From contig JYFJ02002673.1 of the NCBI GenBank assembly GCA_000934665.2, positions 1 to 52,839 on the forward strand: DNA of 52,839 nt, read 5' to 3'. Of the stretch, positions 1 through 14,200 are shown one piece after another (the stretch's first letter is position 1; each line of letters starts with the position of its first letter). This stretch comes from Catajapyx aquilonaris. Its lineage: Eukaryota. The position numbers and the translations under genes are program-made. The notes beneath the pieces are model-generated. The model saw nothing but the letters and a program-made list of their open reading frames with translations, was not told where the DNA came from and made no database searches.

Positions 1-112
1 CAACCGGCCCAAGTCCACATCCTACGGGCGCCACGCCCGCACTCACACTGACTCAATCCCAGTGGAAAACCATGCTCTCTCAACTACCCCCTCCCGCCTC
101 TCTACCCCTCAC

Positions 113-135
113 CCAACCAACCAACCAACCAACCA
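113..135. repeat. (CCAA)n microsatellite
   Basis: Five to six CCAA units read directly. Confidence 0.85.
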
Positions 136-1412
136 CCCCCACTAAGGGCTTAACTCAATAAACAAGCACGCAGGCAAGCCCTAGCATATCTATTCACCAC
201 CATGGGGGGGATGTCACTGATGAGGACTTTGAAAACGACTCGTCACGTGCAAACTTGGCGGGAGAATGCTCCCAAAATGAGCCACTTGGTCATCAGTTCG
301 GGGGTGAAATTTGGCAAAAATATGTGCTCAGACTTGAGAAAATTGGGCCCAGCTATTCCTGATTAGGAGGTATCTTTTTGAATGTGATTAGAAGCTATTC
401 ATAGGCGAGGTGATGATACCGGTGGAGAGTCTGAATCACGCCATTATCGCCCAGATTGCATCCAATTGCTGGGAGAATTTAAAAGGCGCAATGAAACGGA
501 CGGAAACTAGCGTCCTGTTATACTCAGGCATTTGTTTTGATATATGCAAATTCACCTTCCCCCAGTCAAGGTTACCTTTGAAAGTCACGGTGGTAGTCAC
601 GGTGAAATTCCAGAGGGCTCGAACCTGCACATGTATAATAAGCTTCAAGAAAGAATGGAAATTTAAAAAATAGCCACAGTCACGTATACACCTGCTCGCA
701 TATTTATCGGCATCTTCCAGACATTTTGTCCCAAGTGGCCCATGTGACAACCACAAGTCGCCTTGAAAAATGAGCCACGGAAAGGAACGATAACCGGGGG
801 GGGAAAGGATACATCCGGTACGGTTTCGCCAGCTCTCCCGACCCCCTGTTCAACTTTTCCCACTGACCTTTACCTGGCCTTCTCTTCAAATATCAAGCAC
901 AATGACATTGAAGGCAAGGTGAAATATTTAACATCCCCCCCCCCCCAACCATTTCTGCCTACCCCCACTACCAATCCCTGATCCCAATTCCGCAATAATT
1001 ATCACTTGCGTTTTTGTTGGGTCTCTCCCACGCTGGCATTATCGCGACACCCTTTCCTCCGCATCCACCCTGCAGTGGTAGTAACCGGAGTTCTCAGTGA
1101 CTAATGTTTACTGATACCCCTCCCCCCCATCCCTTACCCCACTTCCGGTGCCTGTTTACGGTTGATAATGTGGCCAGATTCTCCTGATCCCTTCTCCCAA
1201 GTTATTTTGCTTGTAGGACGGAAAGTGGAGGGTTCGTAAGATACACAACGCGCCCGGCCATGCTGTGTGTATTAGCGCTCCGGGTCTGGTCCACATTTTC
1301 ATTACGTTCCGGCCCAAAACCCAACAACGCTAGGGCAGCAATTCCATGACCAGATCGACCTGGCGATGTCACCCTGCATACTCCAATTTGTACACAAATT
1401 GGCACACGTGTT

Positions 1413-1558
1413 TAGACCGACTCAGTATGTACGAATATTTTCAAGTGTCATAAGAAATTAAATAGGTACTACACATGCTAGGAGTACGACCAATTTTATT
1501 TCTTCCGACCTATTGACCTCTGATACTTGAAAATATTCCTACATACTGAGTCGGTCTA
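1413..1558. mobile_element. Small MITE with TA termini (Tc1/mariner-type)
   Basis: TAGACCGACTCAGTATGTA(C/G)GAATATTTTCAAGT(G/A)TCA is inverted at both ends (~38 bp, 2 mismatches). Confidence 0.75.
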
Positions 1559-4524
1559 CGGTTGCCAATACTTTGCACAACTTGCAGTTGGGGTGACATC
1601 TGATGTTATTTTTGGTCGTTCTTGTCCTGAGACTTACCCGCTAGTTTTCCCACCGGATAATATTCCAGAGGCACCTGGAAAGAGACCACGTTGACGCGTC
1701 AAACCCCGTCGAATTAAATATGACGGTTTAATTAATAGGACGATCGATCCCTCCGCCCACACCACTCTTTATGTATCACTTTAACACATTTTCACGATGC
1801 ATATTCAAATGCTATTACACCTGGCCGGGATTACGCTGAATTCCAAGTGGGTCATCTTTGTGCAATAAACATGTTGACGTGCAAGCCATTGCGATATAAT
1901 TCAGCATGCCATCGCTGAAGAATGGAAACACTCGATATTACATTCCTGGTCAATACTATCTGCTGATAAGACTCCTGCATAACTGAAGCACCTGTTTGGT
2001 ATGCAAAAAATTCGCGCAGCCTTGACCAGGAAATTTCGGTGCACCTGCCTCTTGCCATAACATGTACACCTGCCAGCTTGTTCGACCAGACAAGAGCCAG
2101 GTGATTAGATGCTTGTTATGCACCGTAAATAAAAATATCTCCATCTATATTAGGAGCAGGGTGACTCAGCCGGAGGATGGCCAGTTTAACATATAGTACG
2201 GCAACATTAGCGTAGTTGCTGCCTTCGGCTCTTTTGGTAGTCAATAAAATGCTAAAGACACTTTGAACATTGGCATGTGGTGCCAAGGGCGAAGCCGTCG
2301 GGGGAAAAAATTTCGACGAGACATTGCTCCCGCATTTGGACAGCAGCCATTTCCTGGAGCCTATATTAGCTCGCGTTCATCCATTTACACAAGAGTGACA
2401 CACCCAACAAAAGTCACAGCAGACTTCCCCGCTGAAAAATCCGGTCAGCAAGGTGCTACCAGCCTCCAAGTGGATGTCAGCAGCCGCACACTGCACTGGG
2501 GATATTTGGGCCCACGTGGGTAAACTTGCCCCACATTCAAGTCTAGTGGCAGTCTGCCAGTCCTCTAGCGACTGATAAATCAACCTGAGCATTTTCAGGA
2601 TGTCCTAAAGCCCACAATAAGGTTTGGGCAGTCTCCTGACGCCCAGGGTATGAAGAATGCCCTCTTCTTCGGCGGACCTGCCAAGTGTTACCTTGAACTG
2701 TACATCCTAACAGTTGTCTAACAGGATCGTAGGTCAGGTCTACTTTTGGAGGCCAGCTTCACCGCTTTGCCCGCCCTTTTTTTGTGGGATAGTGCATCGC
2801 TAAAATCCCCCAGCTAAAAACCACCATCCCCTATAGTGTGTGTTCCCCTCAAGTATGAAATTAGTCCGCATATTTTCAGCATCAAGTCTCTCCCCTTTGA
2901 AGACATCCCTGTGAAAAATGACCCGGTCTTACCTCCAGATTGTACGCGGAGATTTGGCTTTTTATTTCTGTCGCATTTCCCCTTTCCCAGAACCCTCCCA
3001 GCTTCCGTTTTCCAAAACACCACAAAGGATCAGATGATGACATGGCTCCCCTAGACATACGGACATGTTCTGCTGTGCACTGTCATGTGTAAGGAATGTG
3101 TGAAACCTTCTCTCAACTGTTTCATTCCGGTCTACATCGTGCCCCAAATGCAGACCAGCTTCCCGACCAGTTCAAAGGTCAGATCCACTTTTGGACCCTT
3201 TCGTCCAGATACCTCGTAACATGATTAAGCTTCAGATAATAGACGGCGTTTCAGATGTTGCCCATGGAGCTCGCCTCTGACGCAATATCAGAATGAAAAC
3301 GAAAATGCCGTATAACTGTACCCAATTTCACACATGACGTTTTTGCAACATGATTATTCAAGGCTCGTTTCCATTCGCACAAACGCCAAGTAATAATGGA
3401 ACAATAAAAGAAGAAGAAGAAGAAAAAAAGAGTGGATTCCAGCCTGTGCAACCTTGAAGGAACAGAACGACCTTGCCAAACAAAATAAAACGTCATACCT
3501 TATCAACTACCCCACATTGCATCCCACCCAAGCTTCGTAAAAATCCAGTGCAATGCAAAATGAGCTCCCACATACCGCTAATGTCGCTGGGGCATTTACG
3601 CTACGGTATATCGCACATGACGTGAATGAAAGTTGAACCGGACATATTTTCGCCCGGCAAATCACTGACGTCAACGTCGCTATAGGCGCCAAATTGGATT
3701 CCGGCCGCCGCGGATTCCGAATTCCGCACGTATACGGCCTCATCAGTTAAAAACAATTCCGCTTCCCGCTGGGTCACTGCCTTGATTCGACGCAATCTTT
3801 CCATCAGGCAGAATGGAATAAATTCCTAGTTCCAGCCTAAGGTGCCTATTATGACCGTGACTCATACGCGACCGGCAAGTCTCATCCGGAACATGCTAAT
3901 TAGTGACTCACTTTGACGTTTTGCGATATTATGGCTTACCTTGCTGAACTCCGGGTCAAACCTCTTCCTCCGTTTGACCCTGCAGCTCACAGTGCAAATT
4001 ATGCCCATCGGTAAGGTGTGAATCGTCCAAAAACCCGTCGATTATGATCAAAAAGTGACGGTTTTACTGAACCAGCTGCACTTTCACATGACCAGAACGT
4101 CTAGATACGGCACACTTACGAATAACGGCTGGCCGAGTGGAGATTAGGGGTTTGAAAAACGGCCTTCCCCTCCCTCACTTATGTCAAGATATGTCGCCCT
4201 GTTGTGTTTGCGCAAATATGTTGCTAGAAAACATGTGTTGCCTTGACCCAAAGTTGGCTAACATCTGCTGTATGGTCTCTAATTTCACGGAATTTATTTG
4301 CGACTCGATTTGCGAGCATCGGCCTTATCTCGCACGCAAGAGAAAATGCCAAGTGCGCACCCAGTGCGTTGTTATTATTTTACACACTGACTCGTGTGAA
4401 CTAAGAATTTATTTTATCTGTTACGAGCCAAAGATGTTTACAAATTCCGAGCACGTTCACTCTACTGCTTATAATTCATTTTTTCATTGGTTATTCAGAA
4501 AACACAAATGCCAATCATCAAGCC

Positions 4525-4525
<1 letters not shown>

Positions 4526-4599
<74 letters not shown>

Positions 4600-4836
4600 G
4601 TCACAAGCCTGTCAGGCCTCTTAAGAGACCTTGTAATTGAGCAGACTGCAACATTCACCTAAATCGCTGCTTGACAGAGGAAGAACCCCAACTCAACCCA
4701 CAGAAGAAGAGAACACAGTCACCGAAACTATTTCTAAATGAGAAAATCCTCCGTCCTTCATACCCGAGGTATCGAACTGTGAACCTCAGAGAAAGGTGAT
4801 ATGGCATGCCCTAAACCATTACGCCACCATGCCGCC
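4526..4836 (-). mobile_element. tRNA-derived SINE with (TAA)n tail
   Basis: Minus strand starts GGCGGCATGGTGGCGTAATGG (A box), then GTTCGATACC (B box). Ends in ~24 ATT/TAA units at 4526-4598. No clear TSD. Confidence 0.7.
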
Positions 4837-7800
4837 CTAAAATATTACAATTTTTCCGAAAACGACGGACACATCAGCGGGACTTGCGAAAACACTACTT
4901 TCCTAATACATGTTTAGTGTTTACAACCCAAAATAACTTCTGAATGATCACACTACATGTTACATCCTATATCACAAAAAATTATTTAGCAAGCATCCAC
5001 TACTACGTCACAAAAATTTGTTATTTGGTTCGTAATCAGCATATCCATCACATCTATGTACAGTATCGTACTCCGTGAGAAAAACGCGACAAAAAAGTGC
5101 TCGTAAACACGTGCAGTCGCGAAAACACAATTCGCGAAATTCACTTTCATGCTAAATCGCGCAGCGTCCCAGAATGTCACCTTTGATTTTCACCCAGTGC
5201 AATGGTGGTATATCATGGCGGTCATTTCGGGCGGCCCCATACACTGTTAACATCACCGCAAGGTGATCACTGCAGTGGCGCATAGTGTTTAAACAGGGTT
5301 TTTGTATAAAATGGGTCAGTGTACTCACTCCCCGCAATTTATTTTTAAGCAGTACACAATCAATAAAGGGTCGTAAATAACCCAACGAACAAACAAATGT
5401 CGAAACAAGGGCGCGTCCCGTCCAGCCAACATCACTTCGGAAATAAATTTTGGTATCCTCCCAGTCCCCCTTGATCAGGTGTGAAATCCGTGACTGCTGG
5501 GTACCCAGGCTATGGCCCACGTCGCCTAAGCTCATGACATCATCCACCTTTGTGGTGTTTGGCGTTGTCTTCCAAACGACGCCCATGCCCAGTGCCAACT
5601 GCATTTGCGTAGCTCGCGCGGAAAAATGACAAAGTCATGGCACAGACCATAGAGGAAATTAAGTTGGCGAAGAAACAAACGGGGATATCCGGTCTGCCAA
5701 GCGATTGTTTATCTCCTCCATTAGTGTCTTCCCATGCAGTAGTTACGAGATCCTCCATTATTTTGCACCCTGCTCTTCTCGCCCTCGTTTTATACTCAAA
5801 TCTGTGATTTCACACATTTCCCTCCAAGCATTTGTATGTATACTGGTGATCGATCTCAACCACGATCGCAACGAACAGATCGGCAGGATACGCCGGAGCC
5901 CTCTATGGCCGGGAACCTGAACTTCGCGACATAGTAGCGCCACGTACCGGGCAGATTTGGTGGCTAGGGTGCGTTAGGTGTCGCCACCAAGCGTCTACCC
6001 GCCCGCCCGTGATATGAATCATACGGCCTAGGCCAAGGAAGTCTGTGATTCAGCTTTTCCCGGGAAAAGGCGACGCTCCAGTGACTTCACCTTTGGCGTC
6101 ATTGCCCTTTGCACCCAAGGCTCGGGACCCTCGGCCTTTGCGGAGGGATGACTAACACGGTCTATCATAGCAGAAATGATCGGATTTTCAGATTTGGGGC
6201 CAAACGGGACAAAATGCCAGCGGGTTCTGCGCATTTGTAGAAGATGCTTTCTAAGTCCAAAGTAGCATCCTGAGCAGGTTATTCCCCCCGTCTGGCTGAC
6301 AATCCCATGCTTATGCTCTGGGCGATGCCCCCATAATATTCGAGAAGTTCGGCCCTAAACGAAAAATCGACAATGTGGTTCAGCAATATCCTGCCATTCG
6401 ACATGTTAATATACATCATTCTTTACAAGCACTATAGTATAGCCACGGATGCTTTCACGTTTTCGGTCACATTCGATTTTTCGTTGCACCGGTGAAGCTC
6501 CAATACCCTTGACCTGTCGCCTCATTGGCAATCGGGCCTTACCAACAACTTTGCAGTTAGTTGCAAATTCCTCATCTCTAGACGCAGTGTATATATTATT
6601 CAGAGAGGAGAAAAAGCCGATACACCGGTCGACCGGTGTACCTAATACAATACAATAATGCTGCCATCAAACCCCGTTCATAAACCGTTCGCTCCACCAG
6701 CAGAACATTATCACGCAGATCGCCCTTAACGCTCGCCACCAACAATGCAAAACGCATCTAACTCGATGACACCCTGAATCATTCAGAGCCTCATAAATTG
6801 ACACCCGGAGCCAGTGTAATCGGATTGACCGTCAAAACCTTTCACGCCTTTTGATGCAATTTGCATCCCACCAGTCTATCACCAGCACATTCAATAAAAA
6901 ATTATCCTCTATCCGACTGGCAGTTGATCGCACCGTGAACACGTCTAGATGGAATCATCACCGCCATTGGCAAGTGAATTTTCCACCCATTTAGATAATG
7001 GATGGAGGTCATCCGTTACGGATGATAAAGCTTACCTGGATTTCGTGCAACAGCTCGCACTTTCTTCGCCGGATGTCCAGCAACAGCTGCTGCTCTTCCG
7101 GCGTCAGATCTGTAATAATAATAGTCATAATAAGAATGTGCAGGCTTTCATGTTGAAGAACAATGACGAGTTTTGCCTAAAAACTACCGATTCCAATTTA
7201 TTACCGACAGTATATAGACGTCGACGGTATATACGGTTACTGCTTTTTAAACCAGCAATTCCTCGTGGCTTGCAACGGGCACCCGCCATGTAGAAACACT
7301 AGACGTAGTGTGTGACATACTCGTCCAATCATTGACCCGATGATAATAAGATCGCACACAGATAAAGTTCCTTTAGTACAGTTTCAGATTTCTGCTGAGT
7401 TTGTAAACAGAAGCCACATTTCACGTGGTATGCACTCCTATCGGTCATCGCCTTTTCAAGTGGTCAATGCCTTCATATGCAGTATACAGATAGGCCCTTG
7501 TGAGCAAAAACATACCGGTACCTGAATTGGCACTGTACAATGAAGGCCAACCTTGCTTATACTCATCGGGGCACGGGCCAGACTTGGCCATAAACACAAA
7601 TACGTCTACCAAGATTGATCCGTATAACGTAAAAATGCGGCGTCAGCTGTACGCTATAATTTATTCTGAATGCATCACTAAGACATCCTCTTCCTTCATA
7701 ATACTCGTAACTTGTACAATTGCATTATTTCATTGTGGATCAACCTCTGCCATTAAGAATTACGACGTATTGTGCCGAAATATGATCTTGAAACGGGCAA

Positions 7801-7866
7801 TCCCGCTTCATTCTACCAACATATATATATATATATCAGTCGACGGGAAAAGTATATGTATAGATG

Positions 7867-7905
7867 TGTGACAGAATTGTAGGCGGGCAGTACAATTCTG
7901 TCACA
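7867..7905. repeat. Perfect 15-bp inverted repeat with 9-nt loop
   Basis: TGTGACAGAATTGTA-ggcgggcag-TACAATTCTGTCACA. Confidence 0.9.
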
Positions 7906-8489
7906 GATGTCAAATAATTACGAGTCTTGGCAGTCATCCTGGTTTCTAGAATCGGATGCCAACAGTTCACACTACGATGGTGTGCGTGTTGCAGGTGTGC
8001 ATAGGAAAAATACATCAAGACACGGCACATTGTGTAACAGACGTGTACTTTTATCGCCACTACGAATAAAAAACAGCCAAAAATATAGTGAAACCTACCA
8101 TTTGCGGACCTTTGAGACAGGTGAAACTTGTCCAGTACGCAACTTTTCTTTGATCCCTGCGGGTGATTTTCAACATGTTTTTGTCGCACGCCGGAAAAAC
8201 TTTGCTGGACGAAACGAGTCCTCTCTATATACCCAGGTTTCACTGCATATACACATATTATAACAGCATGGTGTCCGTATCTGGACTTGAATCATAAAAG
8301 CTCTCCATGGACATTGTTTGAAATACAAGTGGCGTGGGTGTTCACATGCATCAGTCTGCCTAGCCTATACATGAAACATGTACGAATATCATGCGCGGAA
8401 GTATAAGGGGAGGTTTTCAAAAGTGATCAAGGCGTTTAACATTTTATGTCGTAATTATACATATGCAGAAATACGTCAGGTTCAGCATA

Positions 8490-8553
8490 ATAGTAGGCGA
8501 ACAAGTGTATATTACTGCATATATGCAGTAATATACACTTGTTCGCCTACTAT
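8490..8553. repeat. Perfect 64-bp spacerless palindrome
   Basis: ATAGTAGGCGAACAAGTGTATATTACTGCATA is followed immediately by its exact reverse complement. Confidence 0.95.
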
Positions 8554-11145
8554 ACCGATATATCAGCGAAAAGAGGAAACAAAAAATAACGACTTGCCAG
8601 AAGGGGGCATAACCAATGTTCTTGTTCTCAATTCCTTGGCTCAGTCGTTCTTAAAAATCAGGTACATCGGCCTTTTGTTTTTGCTCCATACATCCAAATG
8701 ATCCTTCTCACGATTGACAGTGATTTGTGCAACGGGTGAGAACCGGCAACACTCACTGAATGATTTCTCGCCTCTGTCATTATTCGTACGTGCAATCCAT
8801 TATTCCTGTAACAGCTCATTTTGATATGAAATATCAAACTGCTTAACTTTATTCACACACCGTTATCCCCCTCTGCAACGCAAACGAGGCTGACACCGAT
8901 ACAATCATAGCAAACCCTGTCCAACACTGGATTGCAGCGACACACACACGCAATACGCTTGATTGCTCCGTATTCAGGCCATTTCTAGTGTGAACGAAAC
9001 AGAAAAAGGTGGTCTGGTATAAACATGGCGGTCCTTTTTCCCCTCAACTTATTTTCGGTCCCAGAACACCCAAAAGGATATACCGGGTTGAGGAGGGGCC
9101 AGGGAACTGGGAGACAGGAGGGTAAAAGAAAAACAAAAATCTCAGGGCGCTAGTTTTTCGAAATGAATGGGGCTGGTGGCTGAGACCATATGGCGGAACA
9201 AGTAGAGGAAATGTGGAAGAACCGGAGATCCCCCTACCCCACCCCCTTCTTCCTTCCGCGTGAAAGTGAAACCTCAAAAACCTAGGACGGGTATTTGTCA
9301 AGACTGGAGATGTCCGCCGGCCTTATATCTGACAGGCCTTGCACAAAAAGTGGCCATCGCATCACTGTGAGATGATCCCTTTGTATACCGTACGAGCTCC
9401 GACGGTATATGAACCATATGTCCCGTTTGCGTTGTACTCGAATAATGAACGGAATTTTTCTTAAGGTGCGAAAAGATGCATGGAAAAGTGTACACATTGT
9501 TATAAGGTGAATACGCCCATTGACGGAATTTCCTGGCGGCCTTGCCGTTCACTAAATTGTTGCTTTCGGGTTACACCACTCCCACCTATGTGACCACAGC
9601 TACCGTGTTGTAATTGCGGTCCTTTTCAAACATTCCCTGTTACAAATTGTCGAACCCTATACAAAGCTCATTGTCTAGCTATAAATACCACCTTCATAAT
9701 TACACATGAGAAAACATATCTCATAATTTGAAGGGGGGGGGGGGGGGGGNGCGGTATTCCCTCTAACCGACAGTCTTCAACCCTTCCCTTTGACGACCTG
9801 GTGGGTCGTATGGGTTCTTTGTGTGTTGAAAGGATTGGGGTGAAAGGGGGATTCTTCTTCAGTGGTGCGGGTCAGCTGGCGACATCCAATTTTTCTAGGA
9901 ACCATGAAAACATGAGAGCTAATCTCTCCATTCATTGCTTTATCAGAGTGGGTGTTGCTACACGCTATTTTTTTAAAAACGTGTGTGCTGTAACACGGGT
10001 TGCCATGACGCGTAACTCAGTTTTTGTCAAGGCGAGGCAAGGAAAAGTTGTTGGCGAGGAATCCCTTAGAAATTGCGGCTTATATGACAGTCATGACAAA
10101 ATACCGCATATATACAGAGTTTATACTTCATTACGAATGGGAAAGTCCCACGGAGCCCTGCCCAGCTTTTCCAAGTTTTATGCACTTTCCTTCAATTCTC
10201 CTGAATTCCGCAGCCACTTCCTTTTCTACTTTTAGCCTTTCATTTGACTATAAGTTGCCATCGCAGCATGGTATAATGCGATATCTCCGCCCACGGCGAA
10301 TCTCTAGTATAGCCACGAAATCTGATTGTGTATCAGGATATGGGGTGACGCAATTTACTCGGAGGCTTCCTGTCCTAGCGGTTTTACAAAACTTTCTGGT
10401 TGTCGTAAAAATACCTCCAACGCAGTTCAAACCATCTTGAGCACACTTTCTTCGGGGTCTCAGTCAATCGACCTTCGGTGAAGACGACTTCACTGAAAAT
10501 ATATTGCCTTGTACTGCACAGTATCCCCGCAAGCCACACGACACAACACATCATGTAACCGATGCTATACTATATACACATTTGGCCACCATGCATATAG
10601 ACTTATCGATACACGACGAAAGATTGACAACTCTCCAATTATTTACTATGAACTTCATTTTTTAATCATATATCGATATGATTATATTCTACATCAAAGA
10701 AACAAGTACAGGCTCTCCAGTATAGGAACGCGGAATTATGTATTTCCACACGATTCTTATACTCTAAAACATAAGTTTATAGTATGTCTAGAGGCCTACA
10801 TTCAAAGGTCGGTTATGCAACTTGAAACAGGTGGTTTCCGAAGAAAATACACGAGTAATGTGCCTGACCGCATTTGCCAGCGGGTATGAACGGTTTTCGT
10901 AGTTTTCCCATAAAACGGTAACTTCTGGCACGGTTTCAGGGACATGGCCTGTCAAGCAAGACAATTTTCAAATTTTAAGCAAAAAAATGACTCAGAGTCA
11001 CTATGGTAATATAACGCGAATTTGGAATTTTGGTTGAATTGTATTTGAATACGCCGCGAAAGCTGCCAACAAAAGAGCCTGAAGTAGACTATATTTCGAT
11101 GTGTATATGACGCAATTTTTAGCGAAGGTTGTAGCTAATAGCAAG

Positions 11146-11246
11146 GGGTGGAATTTTCGTCTCACTGATATAGTTACTGCTAACTTAGCAGTACCATTGC
11201 CAACACTAAGTTAGCAGTAACTATCATTGGGACGAAAGTTCCACCC
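11146..11246. mobile_element. 101-bp hairpin MITE (PIF/Harbinger-like)
   Basis: ~41-bp arms GGGTGGAA(T/C)TTTCGTC...ATAGTTACTGCTAACTTAG, 17-nt loop, flanked by a 3-bp direct repeat AAG. Confidence 0.65.
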
Positions 11247-14200
11247 AAGATCTTGAGCAAAAGTGAAACTCAAGGCATTTTTTCCACCCCTATATCTCTT
11301 CCCCAGTAGTGAAAATCTGCGACGTTTAAGCACAGTATTACCTCTCTGACGTTTACACACGCCATTCTAAATGCGTGCCAACATCGTACCATATTTTCTT
11401 CATTTCCGGTAAAACATTTGACAATTGCATAAATTAACCTCATTTTAAATTTCAGTAAAATGATGGCTATGTTCATGAACGGTGATAGTGCACTAATGAT
11501 GAACTACCTTGCAACTTTTTGGATTATATGTGAATCCTGAATTATACGTATACTGAATGTATGCAACCAACACGGAGCATGTTCGTAAAAGTTAATATTA
11601 GTCATATGACTGAGCAACTGTCGCTGTATAGGTCATGCTCTCCCAGAAATAAATGCAACGCAACAACAACAACAAAAAAAACATGTCCATATTCGGTGGT
11701 CGCGGTCGGTGAAAATGTGTGATTGGGGGGATCAAATAAGAAAAACGCAATTTTCAAGCACGGATTTTGACAACTGGGTAAATTTAAAAAATCAATTTCG
11801 CTACTTTGTATAGGATATTAGCATATAGTGAGAACCTTCAGTAAAAACCATTATATGTTACACGGACAAATAATTCCTAGAGTATAGGTTCATTTACATA
11901 TTATTTGGCGGCTAGTAAAACAAGAAACTTACAGCACTTGTCTCATATCAATCTGGACTAAAATATTCACACTAATACTCCCGCATAAGACCGATACAAT
12001 ATACATAACCCATTCAAACTCTGATATTCCGTCTGTGGGATGGACGGGTGTGTGCGTGTTGCTTATTCCAATGCAAAACTTGTAAGCAGTAGGCCTAATT
12101 CGATAAAGAGGGCCATTCAGCTGCCCTGTCAAGAAACGGCAAAAAATAAACTACAGGACCTATAATCTCGAGTGACACGTTTTTTTGCATGTACGCCTCG
12201 TGACACCCCCTGTTTGCCTTCCCTGGGAGCTTTCACTCCAGCCTTCCAAAAATTGCAATCCCCCAAGAGTTTACCTCGCACAATAAGACTGATTACCAGA
12301 ATCCCTTGCTGATGCCCTTGTACCAAAGACAATGGAGACCAGGTTTCATCTAGCAAAACCGGGTCTCCCCACCCGTTTCTTTGGCCCTACCGAATTACCC
12401 TCACAATGCCCTATACTGAACGAAAATTTTTGGAGACGGACGGACGGACAGAACAAGCAAAAGAGAGAGACCCCCCCCCCCTCCCTTCCCCAAGTCATCT
12501 GGCCCAGAAAGGAACCTTTCCAAAAGTGACCATTTCTACGGCTCCTTGGGGAGGAAGGGAGGGTCTGCACAAAAAGACCCAGTTGTGAAATCTCGGTCAG
12601 GCACAATGGACGGCGTAAGGAGAGGGGGTGGAAGGAAGGTGGGGAGGGTCCCAAATGAGGGGATACATTCAACCCAAAAAAAGGGGCATCAAAGACGGGG
12701 GATGTGCCTTGCAGATTGGCCGTCCTGCCCCCACGGTGGCTGGCAAGTGTTTGCATCCCCTCCCTTCAAAACCCGCCAAAAAAAAGAGAGAGACTTCCCC
12801 AGACGTCAATCACGACGAGAAAGAGCAACGCTGAATGAATTCAACCAGTACAATGTTCGGAGAGATTTGGTCATTCGATGCTACCTGAAGACTGCTGGCG
12901 GACGAATTTTGCACGTTTCAAATAATCATGTCGCATAAGTTGGCAAAAATATTGGAGCAAATTTTGTGAAATAATTAAATTGACGGAACGCCATACAAAA
13001 ATAGGCAATTTACCCCCCCCCCCCCCAAAATGTACATATTTTTGTATAATGTTACGTCTGTTCCGACTAAACAAAATTTTCGAGACATTCGTCGCAACCA
13101 TCACACAGCAGCCACTTTCGCACATTTTCCTCTGCAGCAGCGTATATTTCGTCCCGGATGCAGAATTCTCTTTACCTTCATACCTATTTTGTCACAACTC
13201 CAAGCACAAAGTATTTCTGGGGTCATCCATCTTGGAAATCAAACGGGTGAGGAATGCACTGCGTAACAAGCCAAATATTTTAGAGCATTGCATGCCACCT
13301 TTGGTTGATTTTGCCACTGCTGACTCATGAAGGTATATTTTCTCACAATTTCATCGTAACCGAACTAGTTGCAACTGCCCGAATTACAAATACCGCGGGT
13401 TTACGCAGTACATTTTTTTTCTTTTCTTTCCATGCCGAGCACATTTAGTTCCATATATTGAACTTTGCATTGTTCACCATTTTGTGCGGGTTCTTGTAAA
13501 TTTGCACCGTAGTTTTCGTGGACGCATATTCACAGACTTCCTTTCTGTAATTTGGTGTTGATGAAATTAGGTTATTAATTATTACTCTTATTTGTGGCCG
13601 CAAATTGAACTTTTTAAGACAAAAAAGTGAGATAGATCTGACCCTGCTACATTGGCGTCGCCATCGTTTATTTGAAATGTTTGCGGAATCATTTTGTGCC
13701 AGTAAAAATTGACATTAATGAAAAAATAGAGTATCTATTACCCTATACGTAATAATATAGCCTGTGATTCTGTTTAAAATAAACCTGCAGCAAAAAAGTG
13801 GGCTATTTTAAATCTGTCAAGGGGGAAAAACCCGCCAAGTATTACAATTTCTTTTAAAAAAAATCACAGACAATAACCAATCACGGTTTTAAGCAGTGAT
13901 GACTTCCAAGAAAGTGTCATTTTCGCAACAAATTAACAGCTGCTAAATTCGTATCGCACTCGAACTAAATTGCCAGTTGCAGAATATTAATCCCTTTGCG
14001 TTCAACTGTCAAGTTCCGACACACTTTACAGAGAGAATTTCAATCAGAAACATTATGCAGAAAGCCTGCCAATACAATGGTAGAATTATTTGATGCTACG
14101 GTACATACGACAGCATCGACCAATCATATTTCCAGGATTGCACACCGTAAGACTTGTACAATATTTCCCCCCTGTCAATGTATGGCTAACAGTTCCGAAC

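Noticed and set aside
1852..2144. Possible Tc1/mariner C-terminal relic (TRNVISSV...RNGLHV); a similar hint lies at ~13060-13260
   Set aside because: Too diverged to support without a profile search; no TIR pair found.
3940..3979. Minus-strand micro-exon (ctgcag|...AAG|gtaagc; VKRRKRFDPEFSK)
   Set aside because: Poor pyrimidine tract and no partner exons or recognisable homology; such matches are expected by chance.
4137..4640. 167-aa ORF with a poly-Leu run
   Set aside because: The run is the (TTA)n tail of a SINE and the rest has no recognisable domain.
9733..9750. Long G run as a G-quadruplex element
   Set aside because: A homopolymer ending in an N; its length is unreliable, and C/G runs are common throughout the window.
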